From positions 11,436 to 75,435 of the forward strand of contig CAVIJD010000005.1 in the NCBI GenBank assembly GCA_963643165.1: a stretch of 64,000 nt of DNA, read 5' to 3'. A program made the translations under genes and the position numbers. Source of the stretch: a bacterium. Lineage in GTDB: Bacteria > Bacteroidota > Bacteroidia > Bacteroidales > WCHB1-69. Below the pieces are notes generated by a model. It saw only the letters and a list, made by a program, of their open reading frames with translations, was not told the DNA's origin and searched no databases. Shown piece after piece: positions 18,869-28,366 of the stretch. Position 1 is the stretch's first letter, and the number at the start of each line of letters is the position of its first letter.

Positions 18869-19699
18869 ATGAAGAAAACGATGATTTTAGTGTGCGCCGT
18901 TGCGATGTTCTCTGCCTGCGGCTCGCAAAAGAAAGACTCTGAGCCGCAAACGGGCGCGAAGTCGCTGGTGCTGTACTATTCGCAGAACGGCACGACGAAG
19001 AAGGTGGCCGAACTTATCAGCCAGAAGACAGGCGCGGACCTGGAGGCTATCGATGCCGTCAACCCCTACGACGGCGATTATGACCAAACTATTGCCCGCG
19101 GCAGACAGGAGATTGAGGCTAAGGTTCTGCCGGACATCAATCCGCTGAAATGCAACATTGGGGATTATGATACGGTCTATCTCGGCTTCCCCGTATGGTT
19201 TGGCACGTATGCACCGCCGATGGGCAGACTGATTAAGGATACCGACTTCTCCGGCAAGGTGCTGGTCCCGTTCTGTACGTTCGGAAGCGGCGGCCTGGAG
19301 TCGAGCGTGGCTAACCTCAAGGCTGCTCAGCCCAACAGCACGGTGCTCGAGGGCTTTGGCATCCGCGCGGCCCGCATGGATGCTGCCTCCGCCGAACTTG
19401 ACCAGTTTCTGATGCGCCTCGGCATCCTGCCCGGCACCGCCGAGCCACTGCCCCAATATGGCACCCCCGCACCTGTGACGGCCGAGGAGAAAGCACTGTT
19501 TGACGAGGCCTGCGGCGACTATCCTATGCCGCTGGGCACCCCCGTGAGCGTTGCCAAAGCAGATGGTAAGGATTGCTCTTACTATTGCTTTACTACCGAT
19601 AGCAAAAGTCCGGAAGGCGAAACGATGTCTTTCAAGATTTATGTGGTAAAACCCGCCGCCGAGAATAGTAAGGCCGAGTTTACAAAGGTGGTGCGTTGA
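18869..19699 (+). CDS. flavodoxin-like protein with lipoprotein-type signal peptide
   Basis: MKKTMILVCAVAMFSACGSQ, then a flavodoxin-like SLVLYYSQNGTTKKVAE...VYLGFPVWFGTYAPP, plus a ~100-aa C-terminal extension. Confidence 0.75.
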   Translation: MKKTMILVCAVAMFSACGSQKKDSEPQTGAKSLVLYYSQNGTTKKVAELISQKTGADLEAIDAVNPYDGDYDQTIARGRQEIEAKVLPDINPLKCNIGDYDTVYLGFPVWFGTYAPPMGRLIKDTDFSGKVLVPFCTFGSGGLESSVANLKAAQPNSTVLEGFGIRAARMDAASAELDQFLMRLGILPGTAEPLPQYGTPAPVTAEEKALFDEACGDYPMPLGTPVSVAKADGKDCSYYCFTTDSKSPEGETMSFKIYVVKPAAENSKAEFTKVVR

Positions 19700-19730
19700 C
19701 ACCCCCTCACCATTGCATTCTGAAAAAATC

Positions 19731-19770
19731 GAATCCCCGTCAACGCTCCAAATGGCAATGACGGGGATTC
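19731..19770. terminator. bidirectional terminator between flavodoxin-like gene and riboflavin kinase gene
   Basis: 12-bp perfect stem gaatccccgtca/tgacggggattc with a 16-nt loop. The A-run upstream on the + strand gives a U-tract for the minus-strand transcript. Confidence 0.55.
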
Positions 19771-19806
19771 CTTTGTCTTTATTAGGTCAATCATTCAATC
19801 ATTCAA

Positions 19807-20214
19807 TCATTCCATATCAAGCGCAGGCGGGACTACGGTTGGTTGGCCTGTTGCAAAGAACTGCTTGACGGCTTCGCGGTCGTGCTCCATTTGCCTGATG
19901 AGCTCATCCGTACCCGAAAACTTTTTCTCGTCACGGACTTTGCTGACGATGCAGAACGAGATGTTTTTTCCGTAAATGTCTTGTCTGAAGTCGAAAATGT
20001 TGATTTCGACGGTCAGGGCGGTCATGTGTAGGGTGGGGCGGCTGCCTACATAGAGCATGCCATAGTGGAGCGTGTCGTCAATGCACACCTTTACGGCGAA
20101 CACGCCTTTTTCGAGAATCACATTGTCGACTGTCTGCAAGTTTGCCGTGGGGAAGCCGAACGTCTCCCCGTTGTGCAGGCCGTGGATGACGGTGCCGCTT
20201 ATCCAACTGCCCAT
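19807..20214 (-). CDS. riboflavin kinase domain protein (monofunctional, no FAD-synthetase domain)
   Basis: MGSWISGTVIHGLHNGETFGFPTANLQ...YVGSRPTL...EINIFDFRQDIYGK...KVRDEKKF matches the C-terminal kinase half of RibF. Start taken at 20214, immediately after the sufB stop. Confidence 0.75.
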   Translation of the reverse strand: MGSWISGTVIHGLHNGETFGFPTANLQTVDNVILEKGVFAVKVCIDDTLHYGMLYVGSRPTLHMTALTVEINIFDFRQDIYGKNISFCIVSKVRDEKKFSGTDELIRQMEHDREAVKQFFATGQPTVVPPALDME

Positions 20215-20215
20215 A

Positions 20216-21667
20216 TTATCCGATGCTTCCGGCCAGACTGATGCTGAGCAGCTTTTGAGCTTCAACGGCAAACTCCATCGGAAGTTTGCCTAACACGTCT
20301 TTGGCGTATCCGTTCACAATCAGGCTGATGGCGCTCTCTTTGTCGATGCCGCGCTGCTGGCAGTAGAAGAGCTGGTCTTCCGAAATCTTGGAGGTGGTGG
20401 CCTCATGTTCCACGACAGACGAGGGGTTTGCGCATTTGATGTCGGGCCAGGTGTGCGCTCCGCAGGCATCGCCCATCAGCAGAGAGTCGCACTGCGAGAA
20501 GTTACGCGCGTTTTCGGCGTTCTTGGCCACTTTCACGAGGCCGCGGTAGCTGTTTTGGCTTTTGCCCGCCGAGATGCCCTTTGATACGATCAAGCTTCGT
20601 GTGTTGCGTCCCAGATGGATCATCTTGGTGCCGGTGTCCGCCTGCTGGTAGTTGTTGGTTACGGCCACGGAAAAGAATTCGCCCACCGAATTGTCGCCCA
20701 GCAGCACGCACCCGGGGTATTTCCACGTTATGGCCGAGCCGGTTTCCACCTGTGTCCACGATATTTTGGAGTTTGCGCCTTTGCACAGGCCGCGTTTCGT
20801 GACCAGGTTATAGATGCCGCCGTTCCCGTCTTTGTCGCCGGGATACCAGTTCTGTACAGTGGAGTATTTGATTTCAGCGTCTTTAAGGGCCACCAGCTCC
20901 ACCACGGCGGCGTGCAGTTGGTTCTCGTCGCGTTGCGGTGCGGTGCAGCCTTCCATGTAGCTGACGTAAGCCCCCTCGTCGGCAATGAGCAGCGTGCGCT
21001 CAAACTGTCCCGTGCCGGCTGCGTTGATCCTGAAGTAGGTGGAGAGTTCTATCGGGCATCGCACGCCTTTGGGGATGTAGCAGAATGAGCCCTCGCTGAA
21101 CACGGCGGAGTTGAGGGCGGCATAGAAGTTGTCGGTGTAAGGGACCACAGAACCTAAATATTGCTTTACCAGTTCGGGGTATTGCCGGATGGCCTCGCCA
21201 AAGGAGCAGAAGATGATGCCTTGCTTCTTCAGGGTTTCTGAAAAGGTGGTTTTCACGGAAACGGAGTCCATGACGGCATCCACGGCTACGCCTGCGAGGA
21301 TTTTCTGTTCTTGGAGGTTGATGCCCAGTTTGTTGAACGTATCTACCAACTCGGGGTCGGCCTCGTCGAGGCTGTTCAGCTGCTTTTTCTTCTTCGGAAT
21401 GGCAAGATAGGTGATGTCTTGGTAGTCAGGGCGTTTGAAGTCGAGGTGTCCCCACTGGGGCTCTTTGAGGGTGGTCCAGTGCCGGTATGCTTTCAGCCGG
21501 AACTCGAGCAGCCATTCGGGCTCTTCCTTGCGGGCCGAGATCATACGGATGACTTGCTCGTTGAGGCCTTTGGGGAAATCTTCGATGTCGATATTGGAAA
21601 CGAATCCGTATTTGTATTCGTTTGTGGTTATCTCGTTGAGAATGTTCTGGTCGTTTTCTTCTTTCAT
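20216..21667 (-). CDS. sufB: Fe-S cluster assembly protein SufB
   Basis: 483 aa: ...[21 protein letters not shown]...[18 protein letters not shown]...[22 protein letters not shown]. Confidence 0.93.
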   Translation of the reverse strand: MKEENDQNILNEITTNEYKYGFVSNIDIEDFPKGLNEQVIRMISARKEEPEWLLEFRLKAYRHWTTLKEPQWGHLDFKRPDYQDITYLAIPKKKKQLNSLDEADPELVDTFNKLGINLQEQKILAGVAVDAVMDSVSVKTTFSETLKKQGIIFCSFGEAIRQYPELVKQYLGSVVPYTDNFYAALNSAVFSEGSFCYIPKGVRCPIELSTYFRINAAGTGQFERTLLIADEGAYVSYMEGCTAPQRDENQLHAAVVELVALKDAEIKYSTVQNWYPGDKDGNGGIYNLVTKRGLCKGANSKISWTQVETGSAITWKYPGCVLLGDNSVGEFFSVAVTNNYQQADTGTKMIHLGRNTRSLIVSKGISAGKSQNSYRGLVKVAKNAENARNFSQCDSLLMGDACGAHTWPDIKCANPSSVVEHEATTSKISEDQLFYCQQRGIDKESAISLIVNGYAKDVLGKLPMEFAVEAQKLLSISLAGSIG

Positions 21668-21701
21668 TGTTGTTGGGGTGAGGGGTGTTTCTGGACGGTG
21701 C

Positions 21702-22646
21702 TCATTCTTGTTCCATCAAAAAACGGGCGACTTCCATGCCGGCCACGGCGCCGGAGGCCGCGGCTATGATGGCTTGGCGGTAAACAGGGTCTTGCACGTC
21801 GCCGGCCGCCCAAACGCCCTCGATGGCGGTGCGGCAGGTGCCGGGTTGGGTGACGATGTATCCTTGGCTGTCAAGTTCGAGTTTCCCCGCGACAAGGTCG
21901 GTGACGGGGGTCACGCCGATGGCTTCAAACACGCCATCTGCCGCGAGGGTGGTTTCCTCTTCCGTCTCTTTGTTTTTGATGCGCAGTCCGGTCACTTTCT
22001 TGATGAACCCTTTCCGTTCCCCGCAGATTTCGAGGGGGAGCGAGTTCCAGCAGACCTCAATGTTCGGGGCGGCAAACACCTGTTTCTGCAGTGCCATGGT
22101 GCCCCGGAACTGGTCGCGGCGATGCACGATATAGACTTTGGTGCAGAGTTTGGACAGGTAGAGGGCGTCTTCCAGGGCGGTGTCGCCGCCGCCGATGACG
22201 ACTGTGGTTTTGTTCTTGAAGAAGTTGCCGTCGCAGGTGGCGCAAGTGGAGACGCCGAAGCCGCGGTATTCCTGTTCGCCGGGCAGGTTGAGCCAGCGGG
22301 CCTGCGCTCCCGTGGCTATGATGACGGTGTCGGCTATGATCTCCTGCTCGTCGTTCAGCATGCAGCGGAACGGGCGCGCGGAGAAGTCAATGCTGGTGAT
22401 GAAGCCCGGAAGCATGCGCGTGCCCGTGCGGAGCGCCTGACTGCGGATGTCGTCCATGATGACGGCCCCGGACGCCGTTTGCGGGTATCCCGGAAAATTC
22501 TCCACCTCAGGGGTGATGGTTAACTGGCCGCCGGGCTGAATGCCTTCGACCAGCAACGGGTTGAGGTCGGCACGCGATGTGTAAATGCCGGCGGTGTAAC
22601 CGGCAGGACCTGAGCCTATGATGAGGCATCTGACATGTTCTGACAT
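21702..22646 (-). CDS. trxB: thioredoxin-disulfide reductase
   Basis: [12 protein letters not shown], redox-active [17 protein letters not shown] minus-strand -7 box (+ strand caaaaata) lies just upstream of the start, near 22677. Confidence 0.93.
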   Translation of the reverse strand: MSEHVRCLIIGSGPAGYTAGIYTSRADLNPLLVEGIQPGGQLTITPEVENFPGYPQTASGAVIMDDIRSQALRTGTRMLPGFITSIDFSARPFRCMLNDEQEIIADTVIIATGAQARWLNLPGEQEYRGFGVSTCATCDGNFFKNKTTVVIGGGDTALEDALYLSKLCTKVYIVHRRDQFRGTMALQKQVFAAPNIEVCWNSLPLEICGERKGFIKKVTGLRIKNKETEEETTLAADGVFEAIGVTPVTDLVAGKLELDSQGYIVTQPGTCRTAIEGVWAAGDVQDPVYRQAIIAAASGAVAGMEVARFLMEQE

Positions 22647-22728
22647 AATATTGTTTGTCTGTTTTTAATCGGAGTGCAAAAATAGTCTTTTTATCCGTTG
22701 CTGCGGATATGCGAGATGACAGTCGCGC

Positions 22729-23202
22729 CTAATAACTGGAACGGGAGTTCATGACGATACGCCACTCGTTGCCCTGTTCGTCAGTGTACTCGAAAATCAT
22801 CTCCCGCCTCGAGAGTTTCTTCACGGAGGCGGTGTAACTGTATTTCTTGCCCAAGACGGTGAACTGCATGACCAAGTTTCGGTAGTTATCCTCAAAAAAC
22901 CAATTTCCGTAGGTTGACTTCCGGTATTCGCCGTTGTGGTAAGCCATCACCTGAAGAATGTAGTCGGCATAGATGTAATAGTAGGTGCCGGGGTTGTTGG
23001 CCAAGCAGCCGGTCTCGCTGATGGCGGTGCTTGCGGTGGAGTCTATCTGTGTGCCGTTGAGGTAGGTGTGCGTGATTTGCCAGAAGCCGACAACGCGGTA
23101 TTCGGGGTCGTGAAAGCTGAGGCCGGGACCTTCGGGATAACGGCATCCCGCCAAGACGAAAAGCGCGCAGAACACGGCGCAAACGGTTTTGAAGTTTTTC
23201 AT
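22729..23202 (-). CDS. lipocalin-like lipoprotein
   Basis: Lipoprotein signal MKNFKTVCAVFCALFVLAGC. YRVVGFWQITHTYLNG resembles lipocalin-like domain proteins of Bacteroidales. Confidence 0.6.
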   Translation of the reverse strand: MKNFKTVCAVFCALFVLAGCRYPEGPGLSFHDPEYRVVGFWQITHTYLNGTQIDSTASTAISETGCLANNPGTYYYIYADYILQVMAYHNGEYRKSTYGNWFFEDNYRNLVMQFTVLGKKYSYTASVKKLSRREMIFEYTDEQGNEWRIVMNSRSSY

Positions 23203-23220
23203 AGGGTAGGGCTCTTGAGG

Positions 23221-23910
23221 TTAAATTTCCGGTTTCAGCAGGTCATAGAGTTGCTGCATGCCGGTGGTGGCTTTTTCTTTTATGAAATGAACTTTACGGC
23301 GGATGGGTTGCACATCTTTGGGGTCAATGACGTAGATGTCAGTCTGTTGCGGGGCGTAGTAGAGCAATCCGGCCGCGGGGTAAACGTTGAGTGAGGTGCC
23401 TACGATGATGAGGATGTCGGCCTTCTCCACCTCGGCCACGGCCTGGTCCATCATGGGCACGGCCTCGCCGAACCAGACGATGAAAGGACGCATGCGGGCG
23501 CCGTCGGGGGTGCGCTCGGCATGGCCGATGGCGCGGTAGCCGATGTCTTCAACGAATTGCTTGCCGTTTTCGCTGCAGGCCTTGGTGGCTTCGCCATGCA
23601 GGTGGATGACGTGCGTGGAGCCGCCGCGTTCGTGCAGGTTGTCGATGTTCTGCGTGACTACAGCCACGTCGTAGTACGATTCCAGGGCGGCTACCAGCCG
23701 GTGTGCCTTGTTAGGCTCCGCCTTCGCCAGCTCGGCCCGGCGCGCGTTGTAAAAGTCGGTGACTAAGTCGGGGTCGCGCTGCCATCCCTCAATGGAGGCC
23801 ACGTCTTCAACCCTGTAGTTCTCCCACAGCCCGTCGCTGTCGCGGAATGTCTTGATGCCGCTCTCGGCACTGATGCCCGCTCCGGAGAGAACAACTATCT
23901 TCTTGCCCAT
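23221..23910 (-). CDS. cobB: NAD-dependent protein deacylase (Sir2 family)
   Basis: VVLSGAGISAESGIKTFRD, VTQNIDNLHERGG, IHLHG. Confidence 0.9.
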   Translation of the reverse strand: MGKKIVVLSGAGISAESGIKTFRDSDGLWENYRVEDVASIEGWQRDPDLVTDFYNARRAELAKAEPNKAHRLVAALESYYDVAVVTQNIDNLHERGGSTHVIHLHGEATKACSENGKQFVEDIGYRAIGHAERTPDGARMRPFIVWFGEAVPMMDQAVAEVEKADILIIVGTSLNVYPAAGLLYYAPQQTDIYVIDPKDVQPIRRKVHFIKEKATTGMQQLYDLLKPEI

Positions 23911-24108
23911 CGTGAATGTGTTTTTATAAGATGATCTTTGTTTGTTGTTGTGCTGTTACTTTCTCAAAACTTGCAAGTTGCATATTTTGCAAACCTGAAA
24001 AATGAAACGCAGCAAAGTTACATAATATTCTGTTTGCCGCCACTTTCGAGACCGCTTCTTTTCTCGACGGCAGAAATGTCGGTCGAGCATTTGTCTTGGA
24101 ACGCAAAA

Positions 24109-25818
24109 TCAGTCGTCAAAGGCTATTCTGCGGCGGAAATGACGGGTAGAGCGGCTGTCGTTGCGGATGATTTCCGTGTCGGCTTCAGGAAACTCCTTGA
24201 TGGCCATGGTGCTGCGTTTGTGAACAGGGTCGTACTGAACCCAGGGCACGGGGACTTTATGAATGTGGCCGTCGCCGCCAAAAACGGAAATATAGTCCAA
24301 ACGGTTGGTTCCGGAGAAGCCATACGCTTGAATTTCAATCTCTTTTGTCCCGTTGTCGTTGCTGTGCAATAAGGAGGTTTTCAGAATATTGGGGGTTATG
24401 CTGCGGGGATGCATGAAGCCAGACTCCCCTTTGAAGTTTGCAATGGATTCCCATTCCCAGAAGGAAGAGTCCCCGAGGAGGTCGCGCCCGTAGATCTCCT
24501 TGCGGGTGCGTGTCTGCTGGTAAAGCGGGATGGAAAGCAGCGGCGCGAAGGCGAAATAGACGGCCCTGAAATATTCTTGGTTTACCCGCAGGAAACGTTG
24601 TTTCACGATGTCGAAGTTGTAGTCCATCCATTTTTCGGGGTCGGTGTTGATGTCGAATTTCTGCAGGTGCTTGGGATAGACGACGTTGATCATTTTGGTC
24701 TTTACTATCGTGAAGTCGTCGCCATAGCCATATTGCTTGTCCTGCATGAGCGTCACAAGTGCCTTCTGGGCCAAAGGCGTGAACAGCAGGCGGTATTGCA
24801 CCTCGTTGTCGCGGTCTTTGGTGGAAAACAGCACTTCAAAGTCCTGGTTGGCCATCATGGTGTAGTCGCTTTCGTCGTTCATTTTCCGCGAAAAGCGTTC
24901 AAGGTTCTTGCGTTTGATCTTCTTCTTGAGGTCAACGAATGGTGCATCATCGGAGAGTCCCTCGGGTTCTCGCGAGAACGACAGGTCGGGGGCGGCCTCG
25001 TTGGCATACATCACGAAGGTTCTGTCTTCATATAGCGGGCAGGGTTTGGTGACTGAAGCCGTGAGGGTTTCGGACCTGGTCACGTAGTGTGTCTTCCCGT
25101 CCGAGTCGGTGACCTCTTCTTCCCAATAGATGGTCAGGTGTCCCGTGTAGGTTTTGACTCCCATTTGGAAATTGCGGGTCGTGGCGATGACGAAAGGGTT
25201 GCCTTTTATCTCGCCGCTGTGGGAAAACAGCACGGAGGAGTCTCGGTTCAGCGAGCCGGTATAGCCGAACTCTTCGCTTAACTGTTTGACTCTTGCGGCG
25301 TTGAAGTAGGGGTCGAAATGGATGTTCGGCACGGTCTTCTCAATCAGTTTCGTCGGGATGTCCCAACTGAACAGGGCGTTGAGCGACTTCATCTGGGCCT
25401 GTGCTTCTTGTATCAGGGTTTTGCGTTTCGTGTTAAGGTCGGAGATGACCGACGTTAGTACCCTGATTTTTTTTTGCACGGCAGTGAAAGCCAACACAAT
25501 CAAGGCTATGCCGAGTACGATGAACAACACGATCATCCAGGTGTTGGCGGCGACTGTGTAAGAGATGAACGGCAGCAGAAACAGCACGACAGCGGCGGCA
25601 ATCATGAGCCATTTCAGCCATTTGAAACCGCTTATTTTGTTGGTGTTATTGGCGATCAGTTCGTTGACATATTCAATTTTCTTGCAGGTTGCTTTGTTTG
25701 CTTCTTTGTCAACGGCTGCTTTCTGTTCGATTTCGGCAAATGCTTCCTCGGCATTCTTGCGGAAAGCATCCTTCAACTCGTCCCGGTAACGTTCTAAAGG
25801 TTCGTGTATGTCGTCCAT
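24109..25818 (-). CDS. hypothetical membrane protein (569 aa) downstream of LemA
   Basis: N-terminal coiled-coil-like segment, two hydrophobic helices (WLMIAAAVVLFLLPFISY, WMIVLFIVLGIALIVLAF) and a large C-terminal domain with no recognised motif. Confidence 0.65.
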   Translation of the reverse strand: MDDIHEPLERYRDELKDAFRKNAEEAFAEIEQKAAVDKEANKATCKKIEYVNELIANNTNKISGFKWLKWLMIAAAVVLFLLPFISYTVAANTWMIVLFIVLGIALIVLAFTAVQKKIRVLTSVISDLNTKRKTLIQEAQAQMKSLNALFSWDIPTKLIEKTVPNIHFDPYFNAARVKQLSEEFGYTGSLNRDSSVLFSHSGEIKGNPFVIATTRNFQMGVKTYTGHLTIYWEEEVTDSDGKTHYVTRSETLTASVTKPCPLYEDRTFVMYANEAAPDLSFSREPEGLSDDAPFVDLKKKIKRKNLERFSRKMNDESDYTMMANQDFEVLFSTKDRDNEVQYRLLFTPLAQKALVTLMQDKQYGYGDDFTIVKTKMINVVYPKHLQKFDINTDPEKWMDYNFDIVKQRFLRVNQEYFRAVYFAFAPLLSIPLYQQTRTRKEIYGRDLLGDSSFWEWESIANFKGESGFMHPRSITPNILKTSLLHSNDNGTKEIEIQAYGFSGTNRLDYISVFGGDGHIHKVPVPWVQYDPVHKRSTMAIKEFPEADTEIIRNDSRSTRHFRRRIAFDD

Positions 25819-25903
25819 GGCTCTGGGTCCTGCGTGATTAGGTTAAACGGGAATGTGTGGCAGACAGGGCATGCGCACATCCTGAATTGCAGCATAGGGC
25901 GGC

Positions 25904-26566
25904 TTAAAAGAAAACCTGTCTGGCGCGCTCTTTGGTTTCGGCGGAGACGGTGAATGGGATGCGGGTGGTGTATCCGGCGCGGGCGGCGACAATCATTTTG
26001 GTAGGCCAGTCAAAGATGTCGCGGTTCCATTGATAAACCGTGTCGTTGTAGAGGCTGCGGGCAGCGGTGATCTCTTTCTGGAGGTAGGAGTTCTGCTGCA
26101 TGGCGTCTGCAATGGCGGCGTGGGCTTTCAGTTCGGGGTAGGCTTCCACTTGCGGGAAGAGGCGGGCGTAAGCCCGGTCGATGTTGCGGGCCACCTCGTT
26201 GCGGTCTGCGTTGGGGTTGATGCCTCCGCGATAGGCCGCCACGGTCTTCATCACGTCCTTGTCAAGGTCAATGGCCTTTTCGAGCAACGGGACAACATTC
26301 TGGAGGATCTGCACCCGCTGTTCCAGGTAGTTGTCGATGGTGGAAGCGTCTGCCTGTATCTTCTGCTGCAGTTGCTGGAAGTAGTTTTTGGCCTTGACTT
26401 TCATAATCAAGAAGATAAGGCCGGGCAGGATGCCGCAGACCCACAGCAGGACCTCAAAAATCGTAGAGCCCACGCCGATGGTGACGGGCAGTTGTTTTTC
26501 AATAACATTGACATCGCGTCCCTCGGGGTTGACGGTCGCATTCATTTCGTCTAATTCATTTGCCAT
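25904..26566 (-). CDS. LemA-family protein
   Basis: One TM helix, then ...VEAYPELKAHAAIADAMQQNSYLQKEITAARSLYNDTVYQWNRDIFDWPTKMIV, typical of LemA. A -7 box (+ strand caaatgta) lies upstream. Confidence 0.8.
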   Translation of the reverse strand: MANELDEMNATVNPEGRDVNVIEKQLPVTIGVGSTIFEVLLWVCGILPGLIFLIMKVKAKNYFQQLQQKIQADASTIDNYLEQRVQILQNVVPLLEKAIDLDKDVMKTVAAYRGGINPNADRNEVARNIDRAYARLFPQVEAYPELKAHAAIADAMQQNSYLQKEITAARSLYNDTVYQWNRDIFDWPTKMIVAARAGYTTRIPFTVSAETKERARQVFF

Positions 26567-26675
26567 AGGTTGTGTGTTTATAAGTGGTGATACTTTTCCC
26601 TGTTTTCAGAGGACATTAAAACGCGGCAAATGTAACGTTTTTTTTGAATGGGACATTTTTTTTGGGCGATAAATT

Positions 26676-27163
26676 CACGGCTGCTGCACGAATTTAGAAT
26701 TTAGAATGTAGAGCGTTACGCGTGTTGTTCTTTCTCTCTTTCCACGATGTTGGCCCTCTTCGAGGACCTGTTTGACTCGGGGCGCGGCTTGCTCCGACGG
26801 CTTCACCGTCGGTTATGGTCATTGGCGGCTCAACGAGCCGCCAATGATTGGGCATCTCCGATGCCCGAACACTGCGAGAACTTCTTTGCCACGGGCCGAC
26901 TTACGACTTATGACTTATGAGGGATGATGTAGCGACTTGCGCAACGCCCTCGGAGAGGGCCAACATCATCGTGCTGGTCGGAAATCGTCGACTTCGCTAA
27001 GAACAAGCGGGAGTTCTTCGAGAAGAACATCGACCTTTCCAATGGCCTGCCGACGGACGACACGCTGCGGCGCTTCTTCCAGGACCTGAACCCGAAGTCG
27101 TTCCGGGCCCGCTTTGCGGAATGGGCATCCTCAATCGTGCATGACAGTGCGCATGGCAAGGTC
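26676..27163 (+). mobile_element. R1-E: right-truncated R1 copy abutting the 3' end of the phosphofructokinase gene
   Basis: Left TIR cacggctgctgcacgaatt... It lacks the 112-bp segment present in R1-B/C. It encodes the best-preserved ISAs1-like stretch (26975..27139: WSEIVDFAKNKREFFEKNIDLSNGLPTDDTLRRFFQDLNPKSFRARFAEWASSIV). Homology stops at 27163. Confidence 0.8.
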
Positions 27164-28270
27164 GTCCCCGAAAGACATCCCGATGCCTCGGGCGGTGTGA
27201 ACCAGAAAGTCTTTGTCGGGACAGACAAGATGCGGGGTCCGCAGCGCCTCTTCCAAAGACACATGTGTGATTTCGGGGTGCCTGTAAACCACAAGGTTGC
27301 CGTATTTTTGCTCTTTCACCAATTCGAAGGCCTTGACGCCGAACTCGGTGGCCAGGATGCGGTCGAACGCCACAGGCGTTCCTCCGCGCTGCAAGTGCCC
27401 CAACACGGTTACGCGGATGTCGTGCTCTACGCCCAATTCCAGGAGCTCTTGCCGGAGCACTTCACCCACGCCTCCCAACTTGATGTGGCGGTCGCCTACG
27501 GCAGTCGGCGCCATGCCCGTGACTTTCCCGTCCGCTTTCTTGGCGCCCTCGGCAATGACTATGTTGCAGAAGCCCATGCCGTTTTTGTAGCGGGTTTCGA
27601 TTTTCTTGGCGATGCTTGCGGGGTCGTAAGGGATTTCGGGGATGATGCAGACCTCGGCGCCGCCGGCAATGGCCGTGTGCAGGGCTATCCAGCCGGCATC
27701 GCGCCCCATGACCTCCATGATGAACACCCGGTTGTGGCTGTCCGCCGTGGTGACTAACTTGTCGAAGGCCTCGGTGGCAATCTGCACCGCCGTCTGAAAC
27801 CCGAAGGTGAAGTCGGTGCTGCTCAAGTCGTTGTCAATGGTTTTGGGGACGCCTACCACGGGAATGCCCATGTTCTGGAGTTGTAGCGATATCCGCTGCG
27901 ACCCGTCGCCGCCGATGTTGATGACGGCGTCGAACCCCATCTCTTCAATGCGGCGTTTCATCAGTGCAGAACGGTCTTCTATGACCCATTGCCCATTCCC
28001 GTTTTTGACGGGAAACTGGAAAGGACCGCCTTTGTTCGTGGTCTTGATGATGGTGCCGCCCTTGACGTGCAGTCCCGACACGCTCTTTTCGGTGAGCTCT
28101 ACGATCTCGATGTTGTCTTTCAGGATGCCGTTGAACGACTCGATGCATCCGTAAACTTTCCACTCCTCGGGCTCGAGGCCGGCACGTTTCACGATTCCGC
28201 GGATTACCGCGTTCAGGCCGGGGCAGTCGCCGCCGCCCGTGGCTACCAGTATTTTATGGGTTTTAGACAT
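27131..28270 (-). CDS. 6-phosphofructokinase (ATP- or PPi-dependent not resolved); last 9 codons and stop derived from R1-E
   Basis: MSKTHKILVATGGGDCPGLNAVIRG, NIGGDGSQ, EVMGRDAGWIAL. The C-terminal ...GIGMSFGDD is followed by LAMRTVMHD*, which is encoded by the antisense of the R1 element. Confidence 0.88.
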   Translation of the reverse strand: MSKTHKILVATGGGDCPGLNAVIRGIVKRAGLEPEEWKVYGCIESFNGILKDNIEIVELTEKSVSGLHVKGGTIIKTTNKGGPFQFPVKNGNGQWVIEDRSALMKRRIEEMGFDAVINIGGDGSQRISLQLQNMGIPVVGVPKTIDNDLSSTDFTFGFQTAVQIATEAFDKLVTTADSHNRVFIMEVMGRDAGWIALHTAIAGGAEVCIIPEIPYDPASIAKKIETRYKNGMGFCNIVIAEGAKKADGKVTGMAPTAVGDRHIKLGGVGEVLRQELLELGVEHDIRVTVLGHLQRGGTPVAFDRILATEFGVKAFELVKEQKYGNLVVYRHPEITHVSLEEALRTPHLVCPDKDFLVHTARGIGMSFGDDLAMRTVMHD

Positions 28271-28313
28271 AGTGGCTGCAAGTTTTGTTTTAGCGGCGCA
28301 AAAATAGGAAAAA

Positions 28314-28340
28314 TGAAAAAAGCCCGGAACATTCCGGGCT
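28314..28340 (-). terminator. rho-independent terminator downstream of rplY
   Basis: Stem agcccgga/tccgggct with a 4-nt loop. On the minus strand it is followed by a T-run (the + strand A-run at 28314..28320). Confidence 0.65.
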
Positions 28341-28366
28341 CTGTGTGGGTTGGATTTTCGGAAAAA

